From the NCBI GenBank assembly GCA_949288725.1, contig CASELF010000027.1, forward strand, positions 89,487 to 153,486: 64,000 bases of DNA. The letters run 5' to 3'. This document shows, piece by piece, positions 27,880-37,452 of the stretch (position 1 is its first letter; every line of letters starts with the position of its first letter). This DNA is from an uncultured bacterium. GTDB lineage: Bacteria; Cyanobacteriota; Vampirovibrionia; Gastranaerophilales; Gastranaerophilaceae. Below the pieces are notes generated by a model that was given only the letters and a program-made list of their open reading frames with translations, did not search any database and had not been told where the DNA came from. A program made the position numbers and the translations under genes.

Positions 27880-29097
27880 ATGGATAGAGAAATTTCAAAA
27901 TTAAAAAATAATATAAGTTACATATATAAAAACAACAAAAATACCCCTAGAATGGCGTTATGCTTCAATTTATCAGTAAATAATGCTGAAAAAATTCCCG
28001 GAATATATTCACTTGTAGCAAGATTACTTTTACAAGGTACAAAAAAATATAATTCAGAACAGTTAGCAAATGAATTTGAAAAATATGCAATAGACTTATC
28101 TTGCGAATTGTTTCCAAATTATTTGAGATTCAAATTTGTATGCTTAAATGAAGATTTTTCAAAAGCAGTTGAATTACTAAACGAAGTTATAACAAATTCT
28201 ACATTTGAAGAATTTGAAAAAGAAAGAACAAAATTAATCGGAGAAATTTCTGCAGAACTTGATTCTCCAAAAACAGCAACAATGGATTTGTATTGCCGAA
28301 CGATGTTTGAAAATCATTATTACGGAAATTCAATGACAAAAATATTGGAAAACATAGATAAAATAACAAAACAAGATGTAATTGAGGCTTATCAATCAAT
28401 TTTAAATAACAGCAAAAAAGTATTAGCAATCGTTGGTGCAACATCTAAAGATGAAGTTCTCCCGCAAATCGAAAATACATTAGGAGAATTGCCAAAATCT
28501 ATAGATAATGATTACAATATTGAAAAACCTTTACTAAAAGAAACAAAAGAAGTTGAGAATGTAAAATCAGACATAAATCAAGCACACATCATTAAAGGTT
28601 GGCAAGTTCCAACGTATGGGGAAAAAGATTATCCGGCTTTGATTTTGTTAAATATAATTCTTGGAGCAAGCGGACTATCTTCAAGATTATTTCTTGAATT
28701 AAGAGATAAAAAAGGTCTTGCATACGTTGTTAGAAGTTCATACGAAACCTACAAACTTGCAGGGAATTTCATGATATATATAGCAACAGAAGCGAAAAAT
28801 ATTGATGTATCGCTACAAGGGTTTAATGAAGAAATCAACAAAATTAAAACCTACCCTGTATCAGAAAAAGAACTTGCTGATGCGAAAAACAATCTGATTG
28901 GAAAATGCGCCTTCTTAGAAGAAACAAATTTACAACAAGCATGCTCTTTTGCTAAATATGGTGTAATTGGTTTTGATTTTGATTACACAGATAAAATAAA
29001 AGAAATGGTAAAAGAAGTTACTGCAGAACAAGTTTTGGAATGTGCTAAAAAATATTTTGTAGATGACAAATATGTTCTTGTAATCACCAAACCATAA
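27880..29097 (+). CDS. M16-family peptidase homologue lacking the HxxEH zinc motif (probably non-catalytic)
   Basis: M16 fold pattern, but the position of GxAHFLEHMxFKGT reads GIYSLVARLLLQGTKKY. The ATG at 27880 has GGAG 12 nt upstream. An alternative start lies at 27847. Confidence 0.7.
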   Translation: MDREISKLKNNISYIYKNNKNTPRMALCFNLSVNNAEKIPGIYSLVARLLLQGTKKYNSEQLANEFEKYAIDLSCELFPNYLRFKFVCLNEDFSKAVELLNEVITNSTFEEFEKERTKLIGEISAELDSPKTATMDLYCRTMFENHYYGNSMTKILENIDKITKQDVIEAYQSILNNSKKVLAIVGATSKDEVLPQIENTLGELPKSIDNDYNIEKPLLKETKEVENVKSDINQAHIIKGWQVPTYGEKDYPALILLNIILGASGLSSRLFLELRDKKGLAYVVRSSYETYKLAGNFMIYIATEAKNIDVSLQGFNEEINKIKTYPVSEKELADAKNNLIGKCAFLEETNLQQACSFAKYGVIGFDFDYTDKIKEMVKEVTAEQVLECAKKYFVDDKYVLVITKP

Positions 29098-29130
29098 CTT
29101 GTTGTCTAATAGTTTGATTATAATTTTTAA

Positions 29131-29727
29131 ATGACAATTCTTTTTAAGAGGATTGTCATTTTGTTTAGATATTTAATAATCGTTCTAATAATATTATTAA
29201 CGCAACAGCCCAAAAGTAATGCTGCAGAACAATTTCCGCAAAATTTAAAAATAAAAGCAAGTTTGTCAGATTTCAACTATAAATCAAATAAGGATATAGA
29301 AAAAATATTTCGAGAAAATTTGAGCAACTTTGATAACATAGCCTATACAACAATTCCAATGGGTGTTGTTGTAAGTATAAACGGATATTTGTTCTATGAT
29401 GAAGGAAAAGATAAATTAAAAGAAAATGCTTTTGGGATATTAGATATAATAGCAAGGTTGATAAAAAACTTGGATAAACCTTGCCTTATAGAAAGCAATA
29501 CCACCTCTAAATCCTTTGAAAAATCAGATTATATGTCAAATTGGGAACTTTCAATTGTAAGAGCAAATAGCATAGTGAACTATCTTATATCAAAAGAAAT
29601 CGCCTCGAATAAAATCAGAGCAAACGGTTTTGGAGAAATGATCCCGTTTTATAATGAAAACAATAACCAAATGCAAGAGAGAATAGATTTTGTAATATTT
29701 AACTATGAAGATAATTTTAGACAATAG
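29131..29727 (+). CDS. OmpA/MotB-like C-terminal domain protein with an N-terminal membrane anchor
   Basis: N-terminal TM (IVILFRYLIIVLIILL). The C-terminal part (NWELSIVRANSIVNYLISKEIASNKIRANGFGEMIPF) matches the OmpA_C peptidoglycan-binding signature. Confidence 0.7.
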   Translation: MTILFKRIVILFRYLIIVLIILLTQQPKSNAAEQFPQNLKIKASLSDFNYKSNKDIEKIFRENLSNFDNIAYTTIPMGVVVSINGYLFYDEGKDKLKENAFGILDIIARLIKNLDKPCLIESNTTSKSFEKSDYMSNWELSIVRANSIVNYLISKEIASNKIRANGFGEMIPFYNENNNQMQERIDFVIFNYEDNFRQ

Positions 29728-30541
29728 CCTGATGCAAACGAGAGGTTCTATTTTCATTAAGAATATTTTTCAATTTCATAATCGCTTGAGCATGAAGTTG
29801 GCAAACTCTGGATTCTGACATATTTAAAGTTTCACCAATTTCCTTCATCGTCATATTTTCTTGATAATAAAGGACCATCAAAACTCTTTCACGTTCAGGA
29901 AGTCTTTGTAATGCACGCTGAAGATCAGTTTTAACATTTTTTTCTTCCATCATTTCCTGAGGGTTTAACTTATGAGAATCCTCAATTGTATCAATAATTT
30001 CCATACTATCATCAGAAGAACCTTTTTTATCATAAATAGAAGTAATAGTAACATCTTCTGATATAATAGCGTTAACTTTATCAACTTCCATATCAAGATA
30101 TTCTGCAATCTCACCTGAAGTCGGAGTTCTACCGAATTTCTGTTTTAAAAATTCTGTAGCCTGCTTAATTTCTTTGATTTTCTTTCTTACACTCCTAGGT
30201 AAAAAGTCTTGAGAACGAATTTTATCCAGAATAGAACCTCTAATTCTGATTAGAGCATAAGTTTCAAATCTTGCATTTTTCAAAGGTGAAAATCTTTCCA
30301 CCGCATTAATCAAACCTTCAACCCCGTAACCTGTAATATCTTCAATAGAAATAGTCACAGGCAAAGAAACTTTAATTCTGCTGACAGCATAACGAACAAG
30401 GTAAATATACTGAACAATAATTTCATCTCTAAATTTTTTATTAGACTTATCAGCCAAATATCTTTCCCATAATTGAGATAACTCGGATTCAGAAAGTCTT
30501 TTAATATTACTATACGACGTAAAACTGAAATTTTCTTCCAT
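29717..30541 (-). CDS. fliA: Group-3 sigma-70 family sigma factor (FliA/WhiG/SigF type)
   Basis: 274 aa with regions 2 (LVRYAVSRI, GLINAVERF), 3 and 4.2 HTH (MTMKEIGETLNMSESRVCQLHAQAIMKLK). Its 3' end overlaps the convergent OmpA-like gene by 11 nt. Confidence 0.8.
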   Translation of the reverse strand: MEENFSFTSYSNIKRLSESELSQLWERYLADKSNKKFRDEIIVQYIYLVRYAVSRIKVSLPVTISIEDITGYGVEGLINAVERFSPLKNARFETYALIRIRGSILDKIRSQDFLPRSVRKKIKEIKQATEFLKQKFGRTPTSGEIAEYLDMEVDKVNAIISEDVTITSIYDKKGSSDDSMEIIDTIEDSHKLNPQEMMEEKNVKTDLQRALQRLPERERVLMVLYYQENMTMKEIGETLNMSESRVCQLHAQAIMKLKNILNENRTSRLHQAIV

Positions 30542-30669
30542 TTACCTGCCCCATCAGTTTCCTTTCACATTATAATTTTATAATATCCTAGGAAATAGAC
30601 ATCATTTAAAAAGATGAAAATAAACTAAATTGATTAAAGTAACATCATACCAAAAAGTGAGATTTGAGA

Positions 30670-31389
30670 TTAATCGTTTAATTTCGCTATTTTAAGCCCA
30701 AAAATTTCTTCAATATTTACATGGTTTAACGTATCCGCAATCAAAAGTTCAGGCGCAAAAGTATGGATTTTGTCATAATCAGGGATAGTACCCAAAACTT
30801 TGACAGAAACAAACTCTTTTAAAATCTGCGGATAATATTTTTCTTCTAGCACTTCAGAATTTTCATCGAACCTATTCAAAATAACTCCCAAAAATCTGCA
30901 ATGATTAGATAGAATATAATTTATCCCAAGCAAAGCCCTCTCAACAGGAGTAACCTTAGGATTAATAACAAGAATCAAAGGAAGGTTAAGGGATTTAACC
31001 AAATCTAATTCCGTAAAATGCTCCGCAATAGGAGTAGCAATACTATTAGAACCCTCGACAATAAGGCAATCGCAATTTTTGTCAACTGTTAGAAAATCAT
31101 TATAAATTGTATTAATATCAATTTTCACGCCATCTTCATAAGAACTTATAAAAGGTGGTGCAGAACTTTTCAAAACATAAGTTGAATCAGTTGAAATATT
31201 AGGATCAAATTTTTTGATAACAGCTAAATCAGGAGAAGTTTTGAACCCGTGCAAAACTGTAGCATTTGTTTGAATAGGTTTATAAACAGAGGTTGAATAC
31301 GACAAACTTTGCATTGTAGCAGCAAGACCTGCTCCAACAATAGTTTTACCTGTTTGTTTTTCGAGCCCTGAAATAAAAACCTTTAGCAT
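30670..31389 (-). CDS. bioD: Dethiobiotin synthase-like P-loop protein (BioD family)
   Basis: 239 aa. P-loop SGLEKQTGKT, YKPIQT, and EGSNSIATPI at the position of EGAGG. The length fits BioD. No other bio genes are nearby. Confidence 0.55.
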   Translation of the reverse strand: MLKVFISGLEKQTGKTIVGAGLAATMQSLSYSTSVYKPIQTNATVLHGFKTSPDLAVIKKFDPNISTDSTYVLKSSAPPFISSYEDGVKIDINTIYNDFLTVDKNCDCLIVEGSNSIATPIAEHFTELDLVKSLNLPLILVINPKVTPVERALLGINYILSNHCRFLGVILNRFDENSEVLEEKYYPQILKEFVSVKVLGTIPDYDKIHTFAPELLIADTLNHVNIEEIFGLKIAKLND

Positions 31390-31401
31390 AATTTCATATT
31401 A

Positions 31402-32277
31402 TCACGAGTCTTTATTTATTGCAAAATATACTTCTTTAAGGCGTTTTTTAGTTATATGAGTATATAACTGAGTTGTTGAAACATCACTGTGACCTAAAAG
31501 TTCTTGAACAACCCTTAAATCAGCGCCATTTTCAAGCAAATGAGTAGCAAAACTGTGCCTTAGAGTATGCGGAGAAATATGTTTGTGAATTTTCTCCCCC
31601 TGAGAACGTATAAAATTATAAACATCTTGTCTTGTAACATTTTTACCGTTATTTTTCAAAAGAAGTTTTTTATTTTTTTCAATATTATTATTCAAAACAA
31701 TAAAATCTCTCTCCTTAAAATATTTTTTTAAAGCCGTTTTAGCCTTTTCACCAAAAGGAACAATTCTTTCTTTTGAACCTTTACCATAGCATTTCACATA
31801 TTTAGATTTTATATCTATATCATTCAAATTAAGATTGACCAACTCAGAAACTCTTAATCCGCACCCGTAAAGCAATTCAACAATCAAAGATTGAAGAGTA
31901 TTAAGATTAGAATTAATAATACTGTTCAATTCTTCTATTGTCATAACTTTGGGCAAATGCTTTGGCAATTTAGGTTGTTCAAGCGTTTGAACAGGATTTA
32001 TAGAACTATATTCATTTGCACAAAACCACTTGAAAAACCCTCTTATAGATGCCAATTTTCTTGTAACACTTGAGGGTGTATAATTTTCCTGCTTCAACTT
32101 CATTATATAAGAAGTCACATCACTTCTTTTTATATCTGTAATCTCATTTTCATTATTTTCGGTACAAAAATCAATGAAAAAAGTCAAATCTCTCCTATAA
32201 GCATCCAATGTATTTTGGCTAAGCCCTTTTTCTACCTCAAGATATTCCAAGTATTCAGAAACAAATTGAATATTCAT
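31402..32277 (-). CDS. xerD: Tyrosine site-specific recombinase XerD
   Basis: N-terminal LSQNTLDAYRRDL (XerD-type), catalytic Arg (GLRVSELVNL), HTLRHSFATHLL and LGHSDVSTTQLYTH (His/Tyr). Confidence 0.85.
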   Translation of the reverse strand: MNIQFVSEYLEYLEVEKGLSQNTLDAYRRDLTFFIDFCTENNENEITDIKRSDVTSYIMKLKQENYTPSSVTRKLASIRGFFKWFCANEYSSINPVQTLEQPKLPKHLPKVMTIEELNSIINSNLNTLQSLIVELLYGCGLRVSELVNLNLNDIDIKSKYVKCYGKGSKERIVPFGEKAKTALKKYFKERDFIVLNNNIEKNKKLLLKNNGKNVTRQDVYNFIRSQGEKIHKHISPHTLRHSFATHLLENGADLRVVQELLGHSDVSTTQLYTHITKKRLKEVYFAINKDS

Positions 32278-32305
32278 AAATTAGATTATACTCTTTTTCA
32301 AATGA

Positions 32306-33337
32306 TTAGCAATAAGGCGTTTCATTGACCAATTTAAACAAATTATCTTCTCCGACACCACATTTCAAACCTACGGGAACAAAATTCTGTTTAAATCTTT
32401 CAATCGCATACCTATCTGTCATACCGGAAATATAATCAGTAACAATTCTAACCGTTTTTTCCTCAGAACAAATAGGTTTTAAAGTGTTATAGTACAAAAA
32501 GAACAACTCTTTAATTACACGTTTTGCTTTTTTTTCTTCAACTTTTGCAGAAGATTTTTCGCTATAAACATTTTCAAACATCCAAGTTCTAAGTTTTGTT
32601 GTATAACCCCAAGCCTCTTCACTCATAGAAATATCAGCTTTTCCGATTGAATTTTTAACAATCTCGGTAATCATTTTATTTAACCGTTTACTTTGAGTAT
32701 CGGAGAAATATTCAATACAATCTTTAGGCAGGTCACTTTGTGAAATAACACCGGCCCTTATAGAATCTTCAATATCGTGATTTATATACGCAATTTTATC
32801 AGCCAACTGAACAACTTTAGCTTCAGGCGTATTAGGAGTATAACCCCAAGAATGCGTTCTAATTCCGTCAATAGTTTCCTGACATAGATTTAATTTTTCC
32901 AAATCTTCAACGACCCTGACGCTTTGAATATTATGATGGAATCCATTTTCATTCAATTCATTAAGCACACTTTCACCACAATGTCCAAAAGGAGTATGTC
33001 CCAAATCATGGCCTAATGAAATTGCTTCTGTCAAATCCTCATTCAAATCCAAAGCCCTTGATATAGACCTTGCAATCTGCGAAACCTCAAGAGTATGAGT
33101 CAAACGAGTTCTAAAGTGATCATCAAACGGTGATAAAAAAACTTGAGTTTTATGTTTAAGCCTTCTAAAAGCCTTCGAATGTAAAATTCTATCCCTGTCA
33201 CGCTGAAAATCAGTCCTCAAATCAGACTGTTCTTCTTGTATTTTTCTGCCAATTGAATTCACTGATTTAGTAGCAAATTCACTAAGATATTCCAATTCTC
33301 TTTTTTCCAATTTTTCACGAATAGTTAATGTGGTCAT
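32306..33337 (-). CDS. dGTP triphosphohydrolase-like HD-domain protein
   Basis: FQRDRDRILHSKAFRRLKHKTQVF, RLTHTLEVSQIAR and GHDLGHTPFGH are the Dgt-family HD motifs. 343 aa. Confidence 0.85.
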   Translation of the reverse strand: MTTLTIREKLEKRELEYLSEFATKSVNSIGRKIQEEQSDLRTDFQRDRDRILHSKAFRRLKHKTQVFLSPFDDHFRTRLTHTLEVSQIARSISRALDLNEDLTEAISLGHDLGHTPFGHCGESVLNELNENGFHHNIQSVRVVEDLEKLNLCQETIDGIRTHSWGYTPNTPEAKVVQLADKIAYINHDIEDSIRAGVISQSDLPKDCIEYFSDTQSKRLNKMITEIVKNSIGKADISMSEEAWGYTTKLRTWMFENVYSEKSSAKVEEKKAKRVIKELFFLYYNTLKPICSEEKTVRIVTDYISGMTDRYAIERFKQNFVPVGLKCGVGEDNLFKLVNETPYC

Positions 33338-33412
33338 ACTTCTCCCCTTATAACAAAATATTAGCAGAGAAAATACAAATATCTATCCGTTAAATAGAGT
33401 ATTTTAATCAAA

Positions 33413-34258
33413 TTATCCCTTAACAGCACCTTCATTTTCACCGGCGATAAAATATTTCTGCATAGCAAGGAAAAATATAATAATCGGGATAGTAGAAATT
33501 ATAGAACCTGCTGCGATATATCGCCAATTAGAAGAAAACATCCCTTGCAAATTATTAATCCCAACAGGCAAAGTAAACATAGATTCTTTAGTTAAAACAA
33601 TACTAGGCCACAAAAATTCACCCCAAGACCCAATAAAAGTAAAAATAGCAAGAACCGCCAAAGAAGGTTTAACCATAGGCAATAAAACCTTCCAAAAGAC
33701 TTGAAAAACATTACACCCGTCAACTATAGCAGCCTCCTCCATTTCACGAGGAATAGCCAAAAATGCCTGACGCATCAAAAATATTCCAAAAGCGCTAACT
33801 GCAAAAGGCATAACAAGTCCAATAAACCCGGCAACATCATTAACACTATCAACAAGATGAAGTTTCAAAGTAATCAAATAAACAGGAAGCATAATAGCCT
33901 GAAACGGAACCATAATAGTTGCAAGGATAGCAAAAAAGGCAATCTTTTTCCCCTTAAATTCCATCCTTGCAAGAGGATACCCGGCCAAAGATGATAAAAT
34001 CAAATTCAAAATAACAGTACCACCTGCCACAACCATACTGTTAATAAAATACCTCATCAAATCAACCCTATGCCAAACCCCGACATAATTTGCAAAGGTA
34101 AATTCTTTAGGAATTAAAGCAGGCGGATAAGCAAATATATTTTCGCTATTACCTTTCAAAGAGGTTGATAAAAGCCATATAAAAGGAAATATTGATAATA
34201 CAGAAGTAAAAATCAACACAGAATGAACAGAAAAACTTTTCAAAAATTTTTTCATCAT
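33413..34258 (-). CDS. Carbohydrate-type ABC transporter permease (MalG-like)
   Basis: 6 TM helices. EAA loop EEAAIVDGCNVFQVFWKVLLPMVKP. ATGA overlap with the upstream permease gene. Confidence 0.85.
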   Translation of the reverse strand: MMKKFLKSFSVHSVLIFTSVLSIFPFIWLLSTSLKGNSENIFAYPPALIPKEFTFANYVGVWHRVDLMRYFINSMVVAGGTVILNLILSSLAGYPLARMEFKGKKIAFFAILATIMVPFQAIMLPVYLITLKLHLVDSVNDVAGFIGLVMPFAVSAFGIFLMRQAFLAIPREMEEAAIVDGCNVFQVFWKVLLPMVKPSLAVLAIFTFIGSWGEFLWPSIVLTKESMFTLPVGINNLQGMFSSNWRYIAAGSIISTIPIIIFFLAMQKYFIAGENEGAVKG

Positions 34259-35127
34259 AATTGATACTTATTCCTTTCAAAACAGCAAATATTAATCAAC
34301 GAAAAGACCATAACAACAACAAGCAATATAACCGCCATAGCAGAAGCATACCCCAAATCTAAATTTTCAAAAGCCTTTTCATAAATATAATAAACAATGG
34401 TCTTAGTAGAATTTAGCGGGCCGCCTTTTGTCATGACATATATTTCTGCAAAAATTTTCATAGCAGAAATAGAACTAATTGTTGTAACAAGAGCAATTGT
34501 CGGCATAATATGAGGGATAGTCACAGTAAGATGTTTTTGCAAAAAACTTGCCCCATCTATATCGCAAGCCTCGTACAATTCTTTTGGAACACTCATCAAA
34601 GCCGCCAGATATATCATCATATAATACCCGATTCCCTTCCAAATCGTTAATATAATAACTGAATAAATAGCGTATTTTGAATCAGTTAACCACCCGACAG
34701 AATGTATATGCAAAACATTTAATAAATAATTCAAAACTCCCTGATCAGCATACAGCCACTTAAACGCAATAGCCGCAACAACAATAGAAACAATAACAGG
34801 TAAATAAATCAAAATTTTATAAACAGTAATTCCTCTAATTTTTTGACTAATCAAAATCTCAATAAAAAGCGGAACAATATCCAAAACAGGAACCGCAACA
34901 ATAAGATAAATAAAATTATTCAACATAACCTTATAAAAAACGGGATTTTTGAAAATCGCCAAATAATTTCCAATTCCAATCCAATCAGGGTTATAAATAT
35001 TATTTGAATAATCTTGAAAACTTAAAACAATAGTTTGAAAAAAGGGGATAAAGAAAAAAATTAACAAAACTATAACTGCCGGAAGCAGAAATAAATACGG
35101 TGCCCATTTTCCATAATACTTAAACAT
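34255..35127 (-). CDS. Carbohydrate-type ABC transporter permease (MalF-like)
   Basis: 6 TM helices. EAA loop ELYEACDIDGASFLQKHLTVTIPHIMP. Confidence 0.85.
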   Translation of the reverse strand: MFKYYGKWAPYLFLLPAVIVLLIFFFIPFFQTIVLSFQDYSNNIYNPDWIGIGNYLAIFKNPVFYKVMLNNFIYLIVAVPVLDIVPLFIEILISQKIRGITVYKILIYLPVIVSIVVAAIAFKWLYADQGVLNYLLNVLHIHSVGWLTDSKYAIYSVIILTIWKGIGYYMMIYLAALMSVPKELYEACDIDGASFLQKHLTVTIPHIMPTIALVTTISSISAMKIFAEIYVMTKGGPLNSTKTIVYYIYEKAFENLDLGYASAMAVILLVVVMVFSLINICCFERNKYQL

Positions 35128-35268
35128 AAACCGATTATGACACCATTATACAACAAGGTCAAGTTTAGTTTTTCCCGAAGAAAAAGCACATAATTTAGTT
35201 AATATTTATTAACATTTAGCAACTTTTCAAATTAACATGTTTTTATAATAATGTAGGTAAAAGGAAAT

Positions 35269-37416
35269 ATGTCTATGTCTAGTCAAAGTGTTAATGGAGT
35301 TAATATTCCAATATTAGAAAACAGAAAGAACATAAACTTTCAACAAAGTGCAACTATCCCTCAATATCAAAATCAAACCACAATGCAAGGTGGGACAAAT
35401 TCACAATATCCGAGTTCAACAGCAATGCAAGGCTCAGTAGACAAACAAGCGATTAAACAATCCGTTGACAATTCATATATTGCAAACAGAGCAAGAGCAT
35501 CACAAGATAACAACCAATTAGCAGTAGCAGGACTTGGAGCAGCAACCTGGTACGGTATTGCGCAAGGAATGGAAAAACTTAACTACAACAGTGGTGGAGA
35601 TTATTCTAAAACTATCTATGGCAAACTGGGAAATCTTGGTGATAAATTCAGCGAAAAAACCTGGGTAGGCAGAAAATTTCAAAGCGCAGTAGATTGGACA
35701 GTCGCAAAATTAGAAAAATTATCAACAAAAAGTAAAATCGTAAACTCACTAATGCACCACTCAACAAGTCCTGAATGGCAATTTGCCAAAACACCGGGCA
35801 AAGGTCCACTAGGCTTTTTATGTACAGATGCAGAACAAATTTTAGATGACTTTATCAATCCTATAGTAGATAACCACAGATTTAATATTTTTGGAATAGG
35901 ATTTGGCGGAAAAGTAGATTATATCCAAAAACTTGAACAATACGGCATGTCACAAAATGACATCAATGCCTTCAAGTCATCCTTAAAAGGAGAAACTAAA
36001 CTAAATAGAGCGCTAAAAATTCAAAGAAAAGAAATTGAATTATTAGGAGCAGACAAATCAATACTTCAACAAATAGAAAACATCACTGACTTAAAACAAT
36101 TAAAAGAAATGGCCAAAGAAATGAAAATAAAAAAACTTGGCTTAAGCAGTGTTGCAGAATTTGAAGCATTAAAAGGTAAATTTCTTGATCATCCTGAAAA
36201 GTTGATGGCAATGTTTGAAAATGCTTCAAAAGATAAAAACTTAAAACACATTTCTATTTGGAGAAATAATACAACATTATTTGGAAAAGTAAAATCACAT
36301 TTACTTGGAAGAAGAGTACGTTTCAGCGAATACTTAAACAAATTCAAAGTAACATTAGGTAAAGGTAACAAATCAACATTAGGCAGAATGTTACCAAAAG
36401 CATTAAGCTGGGTACTTGAAGGCGGTACAAACAGATTTGCAGGCGGCAAATTAGGAGTAGCACTTCAAGCAGGAATTTTAGCAGATATCCTATATAACAC
36501 AATAAAAGCCAAAGGTGAACGTGTAAAAACATTTGCAGAACGTTGTGTAAACGACTTCACATACTTTATCGGAATGACAGCAGGTATATTTGCAATCCAT
36601 AAAATTGGCGGATTTAAATATGCAGGTCTAAAAGATGCCAAAGCAGTTGAAGCATATAGAGCAGCAAAAGAAGCCCTGGATGCAAAAACATTAGCAAAAG
36701 AATTTAATAGCAAAAAAGAATGGAAAGCCGCACTAAAAGAATTAAACAAAAAGCACCTTGGCTTAGAAAACATCAAAAACCCAATAACAAAATTACTACA
36801 AAAAATCGGAAGTTTTGTAAACTGGGGCAATGAAATGAATGCAACATATATCTCAAAAAGCAAATATAATTTGAACTGGTTAAGAAAAGCAGCAAACAAA
36901 AACATTATTGGTGTACCTCTAAGACTTTTCATCGCAATGGGCGTAGTAACACCATTCTTGGTAAAACTAACAACCTCATTAACCCATAAAATCTTTGGAC
37001 GTCCAACACATTCAGTACTGGATGAAGACGAAGCACCAAAAGAAGAACAAAAAGCACAAAATCAATCAGAACAAAGTTTCAAAGGTCAACAACCACAAAC
37101 AGCAAACAATCAACAACAAGTTCAACAACCACACAGATTTAAAAATCCAAACGAATATCAAAGTGATACAAACTTAATAAAGATGACAGCAAACGGACAA
37201 AAACCGAATATTAGAACATATATTCCATCACCGGAATGCAAAGTTCAACCGGATGAGAATAACAAATTTAAACAACAAGCCCCAACAAGAACATACATTC
37301 CATCACCGGAACCTGCAAAAATAACAGGGCCTGATATGACAGCAGCAAACCAAGCATTGGCAGAAGCTGATATGACTGAAAAATTTATCAATGAAACATT
37401 AGCCTCTATGAGGTAA
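35269..37416 (+). CDS. Large hypothetical protein (715 aa), Q/N-rich ends with central hydrophobic segments
   Basis: AAGGAAAT precedes the ATG. Q/N/S-rich N-terminus, predicted TM-like segments (GVALQAGILADIL, FIGMTAGIFAIHKIGGF, IGVPLRLFIAMGVVTPFLV) and a Q/N-rich C-terminus with a duplicated RTYIPSPE. Confidence 0.6.
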   Translation: MSMSSQSVNGVNIPILENRKNINFQQSATIPQYQNQTTMQGGTNSQYPSSTAMQGSVDKQAIKQSVDNSYIANRARASQDNNQLAVAGLGAATWYGIAQGMEKLNYNSGGDYSKTIYGKLGNLGDKFSEKTWVGRKFQSAVDWTVAKLEKLSTKSKIVNSLMHHSTSPEWQFAKTPGKGPLGFLCTDAEQILDDFINPIVDNHRFNIFGIGFGGKVDYIQKLEQYGMSQNDINAFKSSLKGETKLNRALKIQRKEIELLGADKSILQQIENITDLKQLKEMAKEMKIKKLGLSSVAEFEALKGKFLDHPEKLMAMFENASKDKNLKHISIWRNNTTLFGKVKSHLLGRRVRFSEYLNKFKVTLGKGNKSTLGRMLPKALSWVLEGGTNRFAGGKLGVALQAGILADILYNTIKAKGERVKTFAERCVNDFTYFIGMTAGIFAIHKIGGFKYAGLKDAKAVEAYRAAKEALDAKTLAKEFNSKKEWKAALKELNKKHLGLENIKNPITKLLQKIGSFVNWGNEMNATYISKSKYNLNWLRKAANKNIIGVPLRLFIAMGVVTPFLVKLTTSLTHKIFGRPTHSVLDEDEAPKEEQKAQNQSEQSFKGQQPQTANNQQQVQQPHRFKNPNEYQSDTNLIKMTANGQKPNIRTYIPSPECKVQPDENNKFKQQAPTRTYIPSPEPAKITGPDMTAANQALAEADMTEKFINETLASMR
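37213..37311 (+). repeat. 24-nt direct repeat (1 mismatch) inside the 715-aa gene
   Basis: AGAACATATATTCCATCACCGGAA (37213-37236) and AGAACATACATTCCATCACCGGAA (37288-37311) both encode RTYIPSPE, 25 codons apart. Confidence 0.9.
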
Positions 37417-37452
37417 TTGCAAACAGCCAAAATGTATGTTAAACTATATATA

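Noticed and set aside
31402-32277. A tyrosine recombinase as a possible marker of an integrated mobile element.
   Set aside because: The sequence is XerD-type (NTLDAYRRDL N-terminus, ~290 aa) and sits among housekeeping genes. I saw no flanking direct repeats, tRNA target, or phage/transfer genes.
35198-35213. The palindrome GTTAATA-TT-TATTAAC between the divergent permease and 715-aa genes, considered as a possible operator.
   Set aside because: AT-only 7-bp arms are expected by chance in DNA of this composition. I saw no second copy and no adjacent regulator.
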